From NCBI GenBank assembly GCA_004347965.1, contig QNVF01000002.1, forward strand, positions 18,895 through 82,894: a stretch of 64,000 nt of DNA, in the 5' to 3' direction. This DNA comes from Candidatus Nezhaarchaeota archaeon WYZ-LMO8 (lineage in GTDB: Archaea > Thermoproteota > Methanomethylicia > Nezhaarchaeales > WYZ-LMO8). The notes under the pieces are model-generated. The model ran no database searches and had not been told where the DNA came from. It saw only the letters and a list, made by a program, of their open reading frames with translations. Position 1 is the stretch's first letter, and every line of letters begins with the position of its first letter. A program made the position numbers and the translations under genes. Positions 10,268-19,692 of this stretch are shown one piece after another.

Positions 10268-10969
10268 TTATCCCTCAACATCGAGCCCTCTACAAATCTG
10301 AAGTAAAGAGTCTCCGTATAATTGCTCTATTAACCTTAAGGCTTTGAGAATTAATTGCTCACTGTATTCTTTACTTTCTGACACCATGCCAAGGAATTTA
10401 CGATACTTCGTTGAGAGAGTCTCATCAAGCTTGTCAAGTAAGTCGCTGTCTGTTATAATGAAGATCCCCTTATCTCTGACCACTCTTAATCGAGCAAAAT
10501 TCCTGACAGCATGGTGAAGAGCCCTCAGACAAATTCCTGGATCACTCTTAGACTTTAAGGCCTTAGCAAGATCCTTCAGCCCCCAATACTTAAGCTTCAT
10601 AATCGTAAGTTCTGTGATCCTCGGTTTGCCTTTAGACCTAATCTTTTCATAGAAGTTGTCGTCATAGATAACTTGACCCTCCAGCCATACCATATGTGCT
10701 AACGGATCACCACTAAAGTAAAGCTCTAGGAACTGTCCAGTGGTGAAGATCCCTAACTCAAGACGTTCGCTTACATCATCAAACCTTTCTCCTCTAAGAT
10801 CATCAAGCTTATCAACTATCAGTACAACATCAACATCGCTTATCCCTGGCTTAAATTCTCCTTCTCTAACAGCAGAGCCAAAGACTATGATGCTCCTTAT
10901 TCTGAGTTCCTTACCTCTTACTTTGTCAATGATTTTATTAACTATCTCTTCAGCTTCACGACATAACAA
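10268..10969 (-). CDS. Minimal nucleotidyltransferase (Pol beta superfamily) with a C-terminal helical domain, possibly HEPN-like
   Basis: The NTase motif is GS-x9-13-DxD, here IVFGSAVREGEFKPGISDVDVVLIV. The C-terminal half is helical and contains RALHHAVRNFARLR. Confidence 0.65.
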   Translation of the reverse strand: MLCREAEEIVNKIIDKVRGKELRIRSIIVFGSAVREGEFKPGISDVDVVLIVDKLDDLRGERFDDVSERLELGIFTTGQFLELYFSGDPLAHMVWLEGQVIYDDNFYEKIRSKGKPRITELTIMKLKYWGLKDLAKALKSKSDPGICLRALHHAVRNFARLRVVRDKGIFIITDSDLLDKLDETLSTKYRKFLGMVSESKEYSEQLILKALRLIEQLYGDSLLQICRGLDVEG

Positions 10970-11054
10970 TTCTCAACACCGATAGTTTGACTTTCTGCTC
11001 TAAGTCGTAATAAGCTAAGAATCTTTTAAGTTTAGAAGAAGCTTCGTAGAAGTT

Positions 11055-12353
11055 ATGTTAGACGGTTTGTGCAATATTCTTCTCATTACGTCAATAGTAT
11101 TTAGGTGGAATAGAGAGGAAGCTTTAAAGAATAATGTAGAATTCTTATCGGGAAGATCGCAGTCTACGATATGGCAGAGGTGCAGAAAAATAGCTAACGA
11201 GCAAGACGAATCCATGGAGCTACTCAAGGAGATATCAAAAAGCTTACCACACATAGAAGCCCTATACATGTACATCAATAAAGGAGCCTTTAAAAGCCAG
11301 TCTTTGGAGGAGCTAGAAGCAAGATGGCCCTCAATAGCTTCTAAGATTTGGAGCGACGTAGAGAACATAGCTTCAAAGTACGAACCACGCATATTCATCA
11401 ACCCACTTAAGGATCGAATACTGAATATTATTGAAAGGGAATACGGTGACTCCCTCTTAAAGGAGGTTTCTAGGAGAATTCAATCCCTCAATTCTGAGGA
11501 GCTCATGGTCATCATAGCCTTCAGTAAAATGTGGGTTGAAGGCATCAGAGTTACAGATGAGGACACTATCTCAACAGCTCTCGAAGCTTGTCTAGATGTT
11601 CGAGGATCGAAAGCCGTAGAGGTTCTATGGAGGGTTGGCATAGTCAATAGAGCGCATCGACCTGCAATCTTAAGGTACATTCCTAAGATCTACGTACCAA
11701 ACTACGTCAAACCGCTACTAGAAGCCTACTCTCAAAGACCATTACCGCTTCGAGTAGAGGTTAAAGAGCTTCTCAAAGAAGCTTTGGCTGAAGATCCGTT
11801 AAAGGCTTGTGCTGCTGTCTACGGAATTGACCAACTAGTTGACGAGCTAGTACAAGCAACTTATGGTCTCTCTCTTAAATCAATAATATACAAGTTAAAT
11901 ATTAAAGGTCTCATGAAGGCTGGAAGGACCTGTCCACTATTAACCGCTGAGGTGGAGAAAGCCTGGAGACAGATTCTAGAGGAAATGTTTTCGAACATCC
12001 TAAATGCTATCTCTAAAGCTTTTACCTCTCTAGGTTACAGTTGTAGAGTGACCTATGACGCCCACATGAAGCTACCGATAGCTTATGGTTATCGTAACGG
12101 ACTCGAAATAGCGATGATATTTATGCCAGCTATCTTACCATTGAATCAAGTTCGAAGCTTTAGCCCATATGCTCTTAAGGTAGCCCTCACATTCGACTTG
12201 AACTCTCCACCCCAAGAGACGATGGAAATTCTCAGGCTCTCATCCATAGTTCAAGTGATAGACGAAGAGGTACAGATACACACCAACGTTAACCCTGACA
12301 TGTTAATACGCTTACTTAGAGCAGGAGGTTTTAAGGTAAATGTGCAGGTTTAA
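11055..12353 (+). CDS. Hypothetical protein of 432 aa, function unknown
   Basis: It is a long uninterrupted ORF with coding-like composition. I recognise no motif. It is divergent from the NTase gene. Confidence 0.5.
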   Translation: MLDGLCNILLITSIVFRWNREEALKNNVEFLSGRSQSTIWQRCRKIANEQDESMELLKEISKSLPHIEALYMYINKGAFKSQSLEELEARWPSIASKIWSDVENIASKYEPRIFINPLKDRILNIIEREYGDSLLKEVSRRIQSLNSEELMVIIAFSKMWVEGIRVTDEDTISTALEACLDVRGSKAVEVLWRVGIVNRAHRPAILRYIPKIYVPNYVKPLLEAYSQRPLPLRVEVKELLKEALAEDPLKACAAVYGIDQLVDELVQATYGLSLKSIIYKLNIKGLMKAGRTCPLLTAEVEKAWRQILEEMFSNILNAISKAFTSLGYSCRVTYDAHMKLPIAYGYRNGLEIAMIFMPAILPLNQVRSFSPYALKVALTFDLNSPPQETMEILRLSSIVQVIDEEVQIHTNVNPDMLIRLLRAGGFKVNVQV

Positions 12354-12999
12354 CCATGAGCTTTACGTAGGCCTCGATGAGGCTGGTCGAGGTAGTTGCA
12401 TCGGACCACTTGTAGTAGCAATGGTAGCTATTGATGAAGAAGGTCTAAGCACCCTTAAGATTATAGGAGTCAAGGACAGTAAGAAGTTAACAGCTAAAAA
12501 GAGACTTGAGCTATTCCCAAACATAATCATGTTATCAAGATATGTAGCTGTTAGAGCTATTCAACCATGCGAGATCGATGTAAACAACATCAACCACTTG
12601 ACCATGAAAGCTATGCACTCGCTTTTAATGCCACTAGCCAAGTGCAGTTTGATTAAGAGAGTTATCGCGGATTACGTGAGCCCTGCAGAGAGGCTTCAAA
12701 GACTTATGAAAGGCTTACTACCTCCAAACGTTGAGGTGTTAATACTAAAAGATGCTGATGCCACATACCCTGAGTGTATGGCGGCCTCCATAGTCGCAAA
12801 GGTCGTGAGGGACAGCGAGCTTCATAAGCTTCAACTCCGTTATGGAGTCAGAGGTAGTGGATACTCGTCGGATCCAGAGACATTAAGTTGGTTAAAGGAT
12901 GCGCTAAGTCAAGGATGGCTACCGCCGTGCGTCAGAAGATCTTGGAGGACCATTAGGAAGCTTTCTTCCACTACATCTCTTGATAGTTGGGTTGAGTGA
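12340..12999 (+). CDS. rnhB: Ribonuclease HII
   Basis: GLDEAGRGSCIGPLVVA contains the catalytic DEAGRG, and GVKDSKKL is also present. It overlaps the upstream ORF by 14 nt. Confidence 0.8.
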   Translation: MCRFNHELYVGLDEAGRGSCIGPLVVAMVAIDEEGLSTLKIIGVKDSKKLTAKKRLELFPNIIMLSRYVAVRAIQPCEIDVNNINHLTMKAMHSLLMPLAKCSLIKRVIADYVSPAERLQRLMKGLLPPNVEVLILKDADATYPECMAASIVAKVVRDSELHKLQLRYGVRGSGYSSDPETLSWLKDALSQGWLPPCVRRSWRTIRKLSSTTSLDSWVE

Positions 13000-13318
13000 T
13001 GTCTATATGCTTAGAAATTAATTGTTTAGCTCTCTCTTCTATCTCTCTCTTAACCTCGTCGCTCATGAACTTATCCTTGTAATCTGGTGGTAGTAGATCC
13101 CACTCATTGTACAAGTACCTAAGAGGGGAGCTAAAAGTCTCAAATATCTTCCCCCAAATGTATATAGCCCTATCTCTTGGAATCCCACATTCATCTATGA
13201 ACTTTAAAGCCACATCCCATGCAAGCTTAGCAATCGTGAAATAGTAATTCCTAGCATACTTAAGGAAGGCCTGGAAATCCGGCGAATCAATTATTATTGG
13301 TTTAGTTGGTCTGCTCAA
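12971..13318 (-). CDS. Hypothetical protein (115 aa)
   Basis: An ORF with reasonable composition but no recognised motif. Confidence 0.35.
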   Translation of the reverse strand: MSRPTKPIIIDSPDFQAFLKYARNYYFTIAKLAWDVALKFIDECGIPRDRAIYIWGKIFETFSSPLRYLYNEWDLLPPDYKDKFMSDEVKREIEERAKQLISKHIDITQPNYQEM

Positions 13319-13394
13319 CCCTCAAACCCTCCAGGGAACTAAGTGTAGCAAAAGAATTTATACGTAGAGCTAAGCTATGATGTGCTGACACTGC

Positions 13395-13826
13395 ATGCCA
13401 CTAATTTTTCGGAGAAGACCAACTGCAAAGCTAACAGAGGTTGTGTTCTCAAGGGAAATTATCGAGGGCTTATTCTGCTTAGCTAAGGATAATCATCCAC
13501 GTGAGATCTTTCTACTCTTAAGAGGTAGAGTAAGAGGTTGTTCCGTGTACGTTGATGAATTAGTATACCCTGTAAACACAATATTCGGACTTGGCTTTTC
13601 AGGATTTCAACTTCATACTCTTCCACTTGATCCATCAATAATTGGTAGCGTACACTCTCATCCGTCAGGTTCTTCAAGTCCATCAACTCAAGACCTGCAT
13701 AACTTCTACGGTATAGTGATGGTGATACTAGCTTACCCATACACTTTAGCTTCGACGTCAGCCTACGACAAGTCAGGCAACTCTCTCATGGTAAGGGTAA
13801 TCAATTCTTTAGAGTTTAGAGCATGA
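13395..13826 (+). CDS. JAMM/MPN+ family metalloprotease (Mov34 / desampylase-like)
   Basis: HSHPSGSSSPSTQD matches the JAMM motif H-x-H-x7-S-x2-D. The upstream Glu (REIFLLLRG) is present. Confidence 0.7.
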   Translation: MPLIFRRRPTAKLTEVVFSREIIEGLFCLAKDNHPREIFLLLRGRVRGCSVYVDELVYPVNTIFGLGFSGFQLHTLPLDPSIIGSVHSHPSGSSSPSTQDLHNFYGIVMVILAYPYTLASTSAYDKSGNSLMVRVINSLEFRA

Positions 13827-13905
13827 TTTAAAGACCTTGATTTAGGGAAAAACGTTTTAGCTAAATGGTATTGTAGAGATATGATAATATAAGTTGTGAG
13901 GAGTT

Positions 13906-14313
13906 ATGCCCGGTGTTATTAGATTTGGAGTGTCTCTACCATCAGATGTTGCAAGGGAGTTTGACGAAGTGATAAGCAAGGTGGGGTATAAAAATAGGTC
14001 AAAGGCCATACTGGATGCCGTGAAATCGTTTTTAGCAGACCTTAAATGGACCATGGGTGGAAGCGAAAGGGTTGTTGGTTCGCTCTCTTTCTTATATGAT
14101 CACGGAGTTAAGGGGCTGGAAGACTACTTAACTGATATAGAACATGGGTTTAGATCTATAATAACGGCGGTTCTACATATTCACGTCACTGACAGGATTT
14201 GCCATAAAATCATAGCCGTTGAAGGACCTGCTGAAGAGATAAAGAAGCTCGCTCTCAAAATAGCATCAAAGAAGGGTGTGGAGCAATTGAAGGTTAATGT
14301 AGCAACAATTTAA
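13906..14313 (+). CDS. NikR-like ribbon-helix-helix transcriptional regulator with a C-terminal metal-binding domain
   Basis: The N-terminus has RHH character (FGVSLPSDVAREFDEVI). The C-terminus VLHIHVTDRICHKIIAVEG resembles the NikR nickel site (H-x-H ... C). Confidence 0.55.
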   Translation: MPGVIRFGVSLPSDVAREFDEVISKVGYKNRSKAILDAVKSFLADLKWTMGGSERVVGSLSFLYDHGVKGLEDYLTDIEHGFRSIITAVLHIHVTDRICHKIIAVEGPAEEIKKLALKIASKKGVEQLKVNVATI

Positions 14314-14316
14314 AAA

Positions 14317-14793
14317 TCATGCTATAATTATGATGCCAAGAGTCCCCACAAGGACTAATAATGCTGCTACTAGAGCTCCAACAGCTATTGCTATTAACGA
14401 TCCCCTTAGGCTAAGCCCTAATATGTGAGCAAGCAGAGATCCTGCCCAGATCCCACTTCCAGGCAATGGCACAGCCACGAAGAGCGCTAACCCCAACATT
14501 CCGTACTTGTTAATGTACCTCTCCCCCCTATTTCTCACTCTAAAAACTAGGTTTGCGTAAATCGATGCGATGATCTTTCGAAGCCATCCATCACCATCCT
14601 TCAAAGCCCATTTCTCCAACTTAGACAAACCCAGTAATAGGAATGGTAGTGGCATTAAGTTACCAATTAATGATATCACCATGACTTCGAGAGCTGGGAG
14701 ACCTGCTATAGCTATGCCATAAGGTATTGAGACTCTGGTTTCAAAAAGAGGTATCAAGGCTAGTATTAGTACTCGAATCTCTTCAGGAATCAC
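14317..14793 (-). CDS. Small membrane protein (COG2426 small multidrug-export-like family)
   Basis: 158 aa with 4 hydrophobic helices. The family guess is by resemblance only. Confidence 0.4.
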   Translation of the reverse strand: MIPEEIRVLILALIPLFETRVSIPYGIAIAGLPALEVMVISLIGNLMPLPFLLLGLSKLEKWALKDGDGWLRKIIASIYANLVFRVRNRGERYINKYGMLGLALFVAVPLPGSGIWAGSLLAHILGLSLRGSLIAIAVGALVAALLVLVGTLGIIIIA

Positions 14794-14865
14794 GAGTCAA
14801 CCTTTAAACTTCCAAAGGCATAAATCTTACCTAAAGAATAAATTTTTCTGGAGAGGAGATACTTC

Positions 14866-15699
14866 ATGGACCTAGCATCAGTTTTTGCTGTAGCAACAAG
14901 GAAGGTAATAACAGCTTTACCTTATGATAGTCTTGCTGTAGTGAGAGAATTAATGGTGAAGCATGGTATCAGCAGAGTGGTTATAGCAGAGGATGAGAGA
15001 CCATTAGGTCTGGTTACGAAGAAGGACATAATTAAATTCCTTGCACTTGACGATACTGATAGAAGCTTGGTCGAAATACCTGTATCAGAGGTTATGAGTG
15101 GGAACCTGGTGCTCGTAAAACCAAGTCTAGATGTAAGGACTGCAGCTAACATAATGCTTGAGAGTGATATAAGCTCCCTTCTCGTAGTTGATGGCGAGAG
15201 GCTTTTAGGCATCGTAACGAAGACGGATATCTGTCGATACTATGCTGAGCACTGTAAAGGTGTCTTCAAAGTAAGAGACTTCATGACTCCGCAAGTCATA
15301 TACGTGAAGCCAATGCACTCGCTATTCAGAGTTATGAACTTAATGGTTAAGAATAACATAAGCAGGGTCTTAGTGCTAAGCGACGATCACAAACCCATAG
15401 GTGTAGTGACTCTTACAGACCTTACGTTCTACACGTCATCTCTTAGACCAGTGAGACATCCAACATTTGAGACCATTCCCTCATCCCTGATACTAACAGC
15501 TGAAGATATTATGACCAGAGACCCCATAACGATACAAGAAGATGAGGACTTATGTAGGGCTCCTGAGCTTATGCTCCAAAAGAAGATAAGCGGGCTACCG
15601 GTGGTCGATGAAAATGGAAGGCTGAGTGGAATAATAACTAAGAGCGACATCGTTAAAGCCGTAGCATGCTTCAAAGGTCCTTGCTCAAGTAGCGCTTAG
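14866..15699 (+). CDS. CBS-domain protein (four tandem CBS domains)
   Basis: It has four repeats of the CBS pattern, each with the consensus (h)G(l)(v)T..DI. Confidence 0.75.
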   Translation: MDLASVFAVATRKVITALPYDSLAVVRELMVKHGISRVVIAEDERPLGLVTKKDIIKFLALDDTDRSLVEIPVSEVMSGNLVLVKPSLDVRTAANIMLESDISSLLVVDGERLLGIVTKTDICRYYAEHCKGVFKVRDFMTPQVIYVKPMHSLFRVMNLMVKNNISRVLVLSDDHKPIGVVTLTDLTFYTSSLRPVRHPTFETIPSSLILTAEDIMTRDPITIQEDEDLCRAPELMLQKKISGLPVVDENGRLSGIITKSDIVKAVACFKGPCSSSA

Positions 15700-16929
15700 A
15701 CTCCACAATTCATCAGCCAGCATCTTCAAGAAAACTCCGACGTCGGACACAACCCCTACGGCATGAGCTGTTCCACGATCTAGGAGCTTAATTATTGTTG
15801 CTGGGTTTATGTCGACGCAAACAACCTTGACTGTTGCCGGCAGCATGTTTCCTACAGCTATTGAATGTAGGGTTGATGCGAGCATTAGGACCATTTCTAT
15901 ACCTTTAAGGTGCTTTCTGTAAGCTTTCTGAGCTTCCACGACATCCGTTATCACATCCGGTAAAGGCCCATCATCCCTAATGGAGCCTGCAAGAACGTAG
16001 GGCACCCCCTTGACTATACACTCGTAGATTATTCCTCTATTCAAAATACATTTTTCAACTGCATCTCTGAGAGATCCAACCTTCATTATCTCGTTTATCG
16101 CTGCGAGGTGATTCCTATGTCCCTTGGGAGCTGCTACACCCTCATCAACCTTAATGCCAAGGCTTGTTCCAAATAAAGCGTACTCGACATCATGAACCGC
16201 AAGTGCGTTCCCAGCCAAGAGCACATCCACGTAACCTAGCCTTATGATCTTAGCTAAGGCGGGAGCACCACCGGTATGAACAACTGCAGGTCCTGCTACA
16301 ACAGCTATCTTACCTCCTCTACGCTTTATGCTATGCATGTCTCTTGCTATGTGCTTAACTATCGATGTTGAGGGTTTCTCGGGTGAAACTTTGCTGCTCA
16401 TAAACTCAAAGATTTTTAGGCTTTCACGAGGTCTTTCTGGAGGTCTAACTCTAATACCCCTTTCACCAACAACCACTAAATCTCCCTTCTTAATTTCTCT
16501 TAAAGGTATGCATGTTGCCCTCTTGGATTGAGGATCCACGACTATGACCTTATCCATCATCACGTCTTCGACCGGTATCCATGATCCTTGATAGAATATC
16601 TCTGTAGGATAATTAGATGTAGAATAAAAACCATCTGGTGCAACTCCATCTTTTGGTGCAGGTTTTAGCTCCACCTCTTTATACTCTACAGGAACTGCAC
16701 CTAGCCGGTAAAGTTCTTTCAAGATCTCATCAAGGTGCTCTTTGCTCCTCCCTTTAACGATGAGTCTCGCCCTACTATAATCATGTTTTCTCTTGCCAAC
16801 CTTAAACTCTATTATCTCGAAATCCCCCTCAAGTTCCATTATTCTATCAAGTATCCTAGTTAGTATCATAGAGTCTATGAGGTGACCTTCGACTAGAACT
16901 TCTTCTGCATGCTCATACTGATTACTCAT
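15685..16929 (-). CDS. LOR/SDH-domain protein (TIGR00300-like), a possible ornithine cyclodeaminase-type enzyme
   Basis: It is 414 aa. The N-terminal MSNQ..EVLVEGHLIDSMILTRILD pattern and the Gly-rich Rossmann-like C-terminal half fit TIGR00300. The function is not assignable from sequence. Confidence 0.45.
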   Translation of the reverse strand: MSNQYEHAEEVLVEGHLIDSMILTRILDRIMELEGDFEIIEFKVGKRKHDYSRARLIVKGRSKEHLDEILKELYRLGAVPVEYKEVELKPAPKDGVAPDGFYSTSNYPTEIFYQGSWIPVEDVMMDKVIVVDPQSKRATCIPLREIKKGDLVVVGERGIRVRPPERPRESLKIFEFMSSKVSPEKPSTSIVKHIARDMHSIKRRGGKIAVVAGPAVVHTGGAPALAKIIRLGYVDVLLAGNALAVHDVEYALFGTSLGIKVDEGVAAPKGHRNHLAAINEIMKVGSLRDAVEKCILNRGIIYECIVKGVPYVLAGSIRDDGPLPDVITDVVEAQKAYRKHLKGIEMVLMLASTLHSIAVGNMLPATVKVVCVDINPATIIKLLDRGTAHAVGVVSDVGVFLKMLADELWSLSAT

Positions 16930-17024
16930 GAGCTTGACCTCGGTTAAAGATTCACGCTAAATAGCGAAAACTTCGATATAAAGGTTAGCTTAAGAACAAT
17001 GTGGACGGTATGAGGGTGTCATCT

Positions 17025-18152
17025 CTAGATAGCTCCGTACTTCTCATTCCAATCCACATACTTTTTGACGAGTTCTTTACTAACAGAAGGTCTTCTTTCA
17101 CTCATTACTTCAAGAAAATCTTTCATGAAGGCTTCTCTTAATTCTCCACGAATTAAGTCCTTACAATCTTCCACAAGCTTGAACTGCACTTCTCTACAAA
17201 CTTCCTCGATGTCGTGGGAGGTGTATCCTTCGGTTTTTTGTGCCAAGAGCTCAAAGTCCACGTCCTTAGCTAACTTAAGGCCTCTCGTGTAATGCTTAAA
17301 AAGTTCTATCCTGGTTTTGTAGTCCGGCGGCGGGACATATATCCTCTTCTGAAATCTTCTAAGAAATGCTTGATCCAAAAGCCATGGCTTATTGGTTGCA
17401 CCTATAACGTAGACGTAATGCTTTTTTCCCTTGCAGTGAAGTCCATCCATTTCTTTAAGCAGTTGACTCCTCATTCTAGCTTCACCACCAACTTCATTGC
17501 TAAAAATCCCCGTAAGAGCCTCGACCTCGTCTATAAATATTATGGCAGGTCTTTGTCTTGAAGCATTCTTGCGAGCTGCATCAAATACCTTTGCCACATT
17601 TTTCTCGCTTTCTCCAAGCCACTTTGACATTATGAATGCTGGATCTATGTAAAAGAAATGAGCATTAAGCTCTGAGGCTAATGCTGCAACTATCAATGTC
17701 TTACCACATCCAGGAGGTCCAAATAGAAGTATCCCTGAAGGCCATCCTAGAGGTAGTTTCTCAGGCTCTACTCTTGTTGGGAGTACTACAACCTTCCTAA
17801 TTTCTTCCTTTACTTTATCTAGACCGATGACGTCATTCCACGAAATATTTGGTTTTTCACTTAACGTTCCATCATAAACATCGAATTTCTCGCTCTTAAC
17901 ATTGTCCAAAGCTATTACCTGGTCATATGATAACCCCATTTGGATTTGTCTAACTCTTTCTTGATACATTAAGGCTCTCTCTACGTATATTTTGTTCAAT
18001 GGATAGTTAGGGTAGAGCTTAACGAGTTTTAGCAGTGTTTCAGCCGCCTTCGAGTACCCCTCAATTGCTCTATTCTTCAACCCCTCTTTTTCGCTCTTCA
18101 TAGCTTCTTCGGCATACTTAAGAGCAAGCCTCTCGAGCTCACTAGCTGCCAC
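17025..18152 (-). CDS. cdvC: Vps4-like AAA+ ATPase with an N-terminal MIT domain (CdvC)
   Basis: Walker A reads GILLFGPPGCGKT and Walker B reads IIFIDEVE. The N-terminal helical MIT-like domain is LALKYAEEAMKSEKEG. It sits immediately downstream of the ESCRT-III genes. Confidence 0.8.
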   Translation of the reverse strand: MAASELERLALKYAEEAMKSEKEGLKNRAIEGYSKAAETLLKLVKLYPNYPLNKIYVERALMYQERVRQIQMGLSYDQVIALDNVKSEKFDVYDGTLSEKPNISWNDVIGLDKVKEEIRKVVVLPTRVEPEKLPLGWPSGILLFGPPGCGKTLIVAALASELNAHFFYIDPAFIMSKWLGESEKNVAKVFDAARKNASRQRPAIIFIDEVEALTGIFSNEVGGEARMRSQLLKEMDGLHCKGKKHYVYVIGATNKPWLLDQAFLRRFQKRIYVPPPDYKTRIELFKHYTRGLKLAKDVDFELLAQKTEGYTSHDIEEVCREVQFKLVEDCKDLIRGELREAFMKDFLEVMSERRPSVSKELVKKYVDWNEKYGAI

Positions 18153-18224
18153 TAAATTTCCCCCACAACTTCAAAGGGACCGTGTGAAGAATCTAAGAAA
18201 GAGAAAAATTTTAACCAAGATTAT

Positions 18225-18977
18225 TTAGGCGATCCTTATCTTACCTTCAGACGCTAATTTCTCTATTACCCTTCTAATGTCTTGAGGGGGCACCTTTAAA
18301 TCAGCTGCACACTTACTTACCACAAGTTCTCCGCCTTGTCTCTTGATGTAATCTAGAAGTTTTTCCTCAAGTGTGTCACCTCCAACTGTCGCTGCAGCTG
18401 ATGTTGCAATTGGAATCTTCTCAATAACTGGCGTTGGCAGCTCAGGCAGCTTCTCTTTAAGTCTTTGTTCAGCTACTACTTCAGCCTCTTGCAGGACCTT
18501 TAATGCCTCTTCGCTTGCTACCACCTCAGTTACTCTTGGTTCACCGATGTCTATCAGAATGCTACCAAGCATCTTGTTGACATTGTCCAACTCTATAGCA
18601 ACTTCTGGTATTATGTTTGTTAGCTGCCCTTTCAAGCCTTGAATTATCTTCACGACAGGACCCAACTGGACCATGGCATCTCCTAGCTGCTCGATGGTTT
18701 CAAGCCTCAATATTACTTGCTCTATTGCCAAGCTGCTAGCCATGACAGTTTTTATCAATTTTCTAAGCTCAGCAAGCTCATTAGCATAAAGTACGGCATG
18801 GAGCTCATCGTTCCAAGTCTTCGCCATTATGCACGAGTTGAAGAGCTCTTTGTCTCTCTCCTGTAATCTAGCTATTAGCTGCTGAAGTTTTCTGTGTTGT
18901 GTGCTCAATACCTTGAGGGCCTGGTATATCCTCTCCTTAAGGGGTCGTCTCCTTAGCTGATGCCATATGCGATGCAC
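18225..18977 (-). CDS. cdvB: ESCRT-III (Snf7) family protein with a C-terminal winged helix (CdvB)
   Basis: It has the coiled-coil Snf7 architecture. The C-terminus reads LLDYIKRQGGELVVSKCAADLKVPPQDIRRVIEKLASEGKIRIA and is wH-like. It lies between the cdvA-like and cdvC genes. Confidence 0.7.
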   Translation of the reverse strand: MHRIWHQLRRRPLKERIYQALKVLSTQHRKLQQLIARLQERDKELFNSCIMAKTWNDELHAVLYANELAELRKLIKTVMASSLAIEQVILRLETIEQLGDAMVQLGPVVKIIQGLKGQLTNIIPEVAIELDNVNKMLGSILIDIGEPRVTEVVASEEALKVLQEAEVVAEQRLKEKLPELPTPVIEKIPIATSAAATVGGDTLEEKLLDYIKRQGGELVVSKCAADLKVPPQDIRRVIEKLASEGKIRIA

Positions 18978-19011
18978 CTCACTTCCACCTCGCTGTCGTT
19001 CTAATGTTCTG

Positions 19012-19680
19012 TTACTCTTTGACCCTCACTACTAGTGTCTCGCTGTCCTTCTTCTCAGACTTTGAAAGCTTAGGAGGTTCAGCGAGAAGCTTTTCAAGCT
19101 CATTTACGGAGTTTTCTAAATCCCTCTTCTCACTTGCTATCCTATTCATCCCTGTCTGAATCATGTTCGTTATGGAGTTAAAGTACGCATCATCTATTTC
19201 TCCTATCTTGTGTGATATTTTTGCGCTGGCCAAGGCTAATTGTAATACTCTTGTCTGAGAATCCAGCTCAGCAATCCTAGCCTTTATTTTATCAACTACC
19301 TCTATAGCCTTGCTCTTTAAATCTTTAAATGTAGTGCTGAACTGTGACTGGAAGTGCTCATAAACTTCTTGAGGTACCTCTTTTTTCTCTAGCAGTTCTT
19401 CAAGAGCCAAGCTCTTCTTCCACGTAAGTTCAAGCTCTTTAGCTAGCTTATTGGCCTCAACTTTCAACTCTGAAAGTACTTTTATTATGTCACTCTCTAT
19501 AATCACGTACTCCGTAGAATAGCTATTGTACTCGCCATCGCCATGCTCAAGCACTACAGCCTTAACATTGCTTAGCGTATCACTTATGAATGCTGCTATT
19601 TTGCCTACAAGCCTACCATAGGGGTCTTTAACCTGCTTACTTATATACTTGATGAACTCTGCAACGGTAATCTCAACCAT
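19012..19680 (-). CDS. cdvA: CdvA-like protein (N-terminal PRC-barrel-like domain plus coiled coil)
   Basis: The N-terminus is beta-rich (VEITVAEF...VKAVVLEHGDGEYNSYSTEYVIIESD) and is followed by a long heptad-like helical region. It sits between two ESCRT-III genes. Confidence 0.55.
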   Translation of the reverse strand: MVEITVAEFIKYISKQVKDPYGRLVGKIAAFISDTLSNVKAVVLEHGDGEYNSYSTEYVIIESDIIKVLSELKVEANKLAKELELTWKKSLALEELLEKKEVPQEVYEHFQSQFSTTFKDLKSKAIEVVDKIKARIAELDSQTRVLQLALASAKISHKIGEIDDAYFNSITNMIQTGMNRIASEKRDLENSVNELEKLLAEPPKLSKSEKKDSETLVVRVKE

Positions 19681-19692
19681 CCATCACACCTC

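Noticed and set aside
11015-11680. Minus-strand ORFs 11015-11401 and 11480-11680 overlapping the 432-aa plus-strand gene
   Set aside because: The longer plus-strand frame is uninterrupted for 1.3 kb. The minus-strand translations are low-complexity, so I kept the plus-strand gene.
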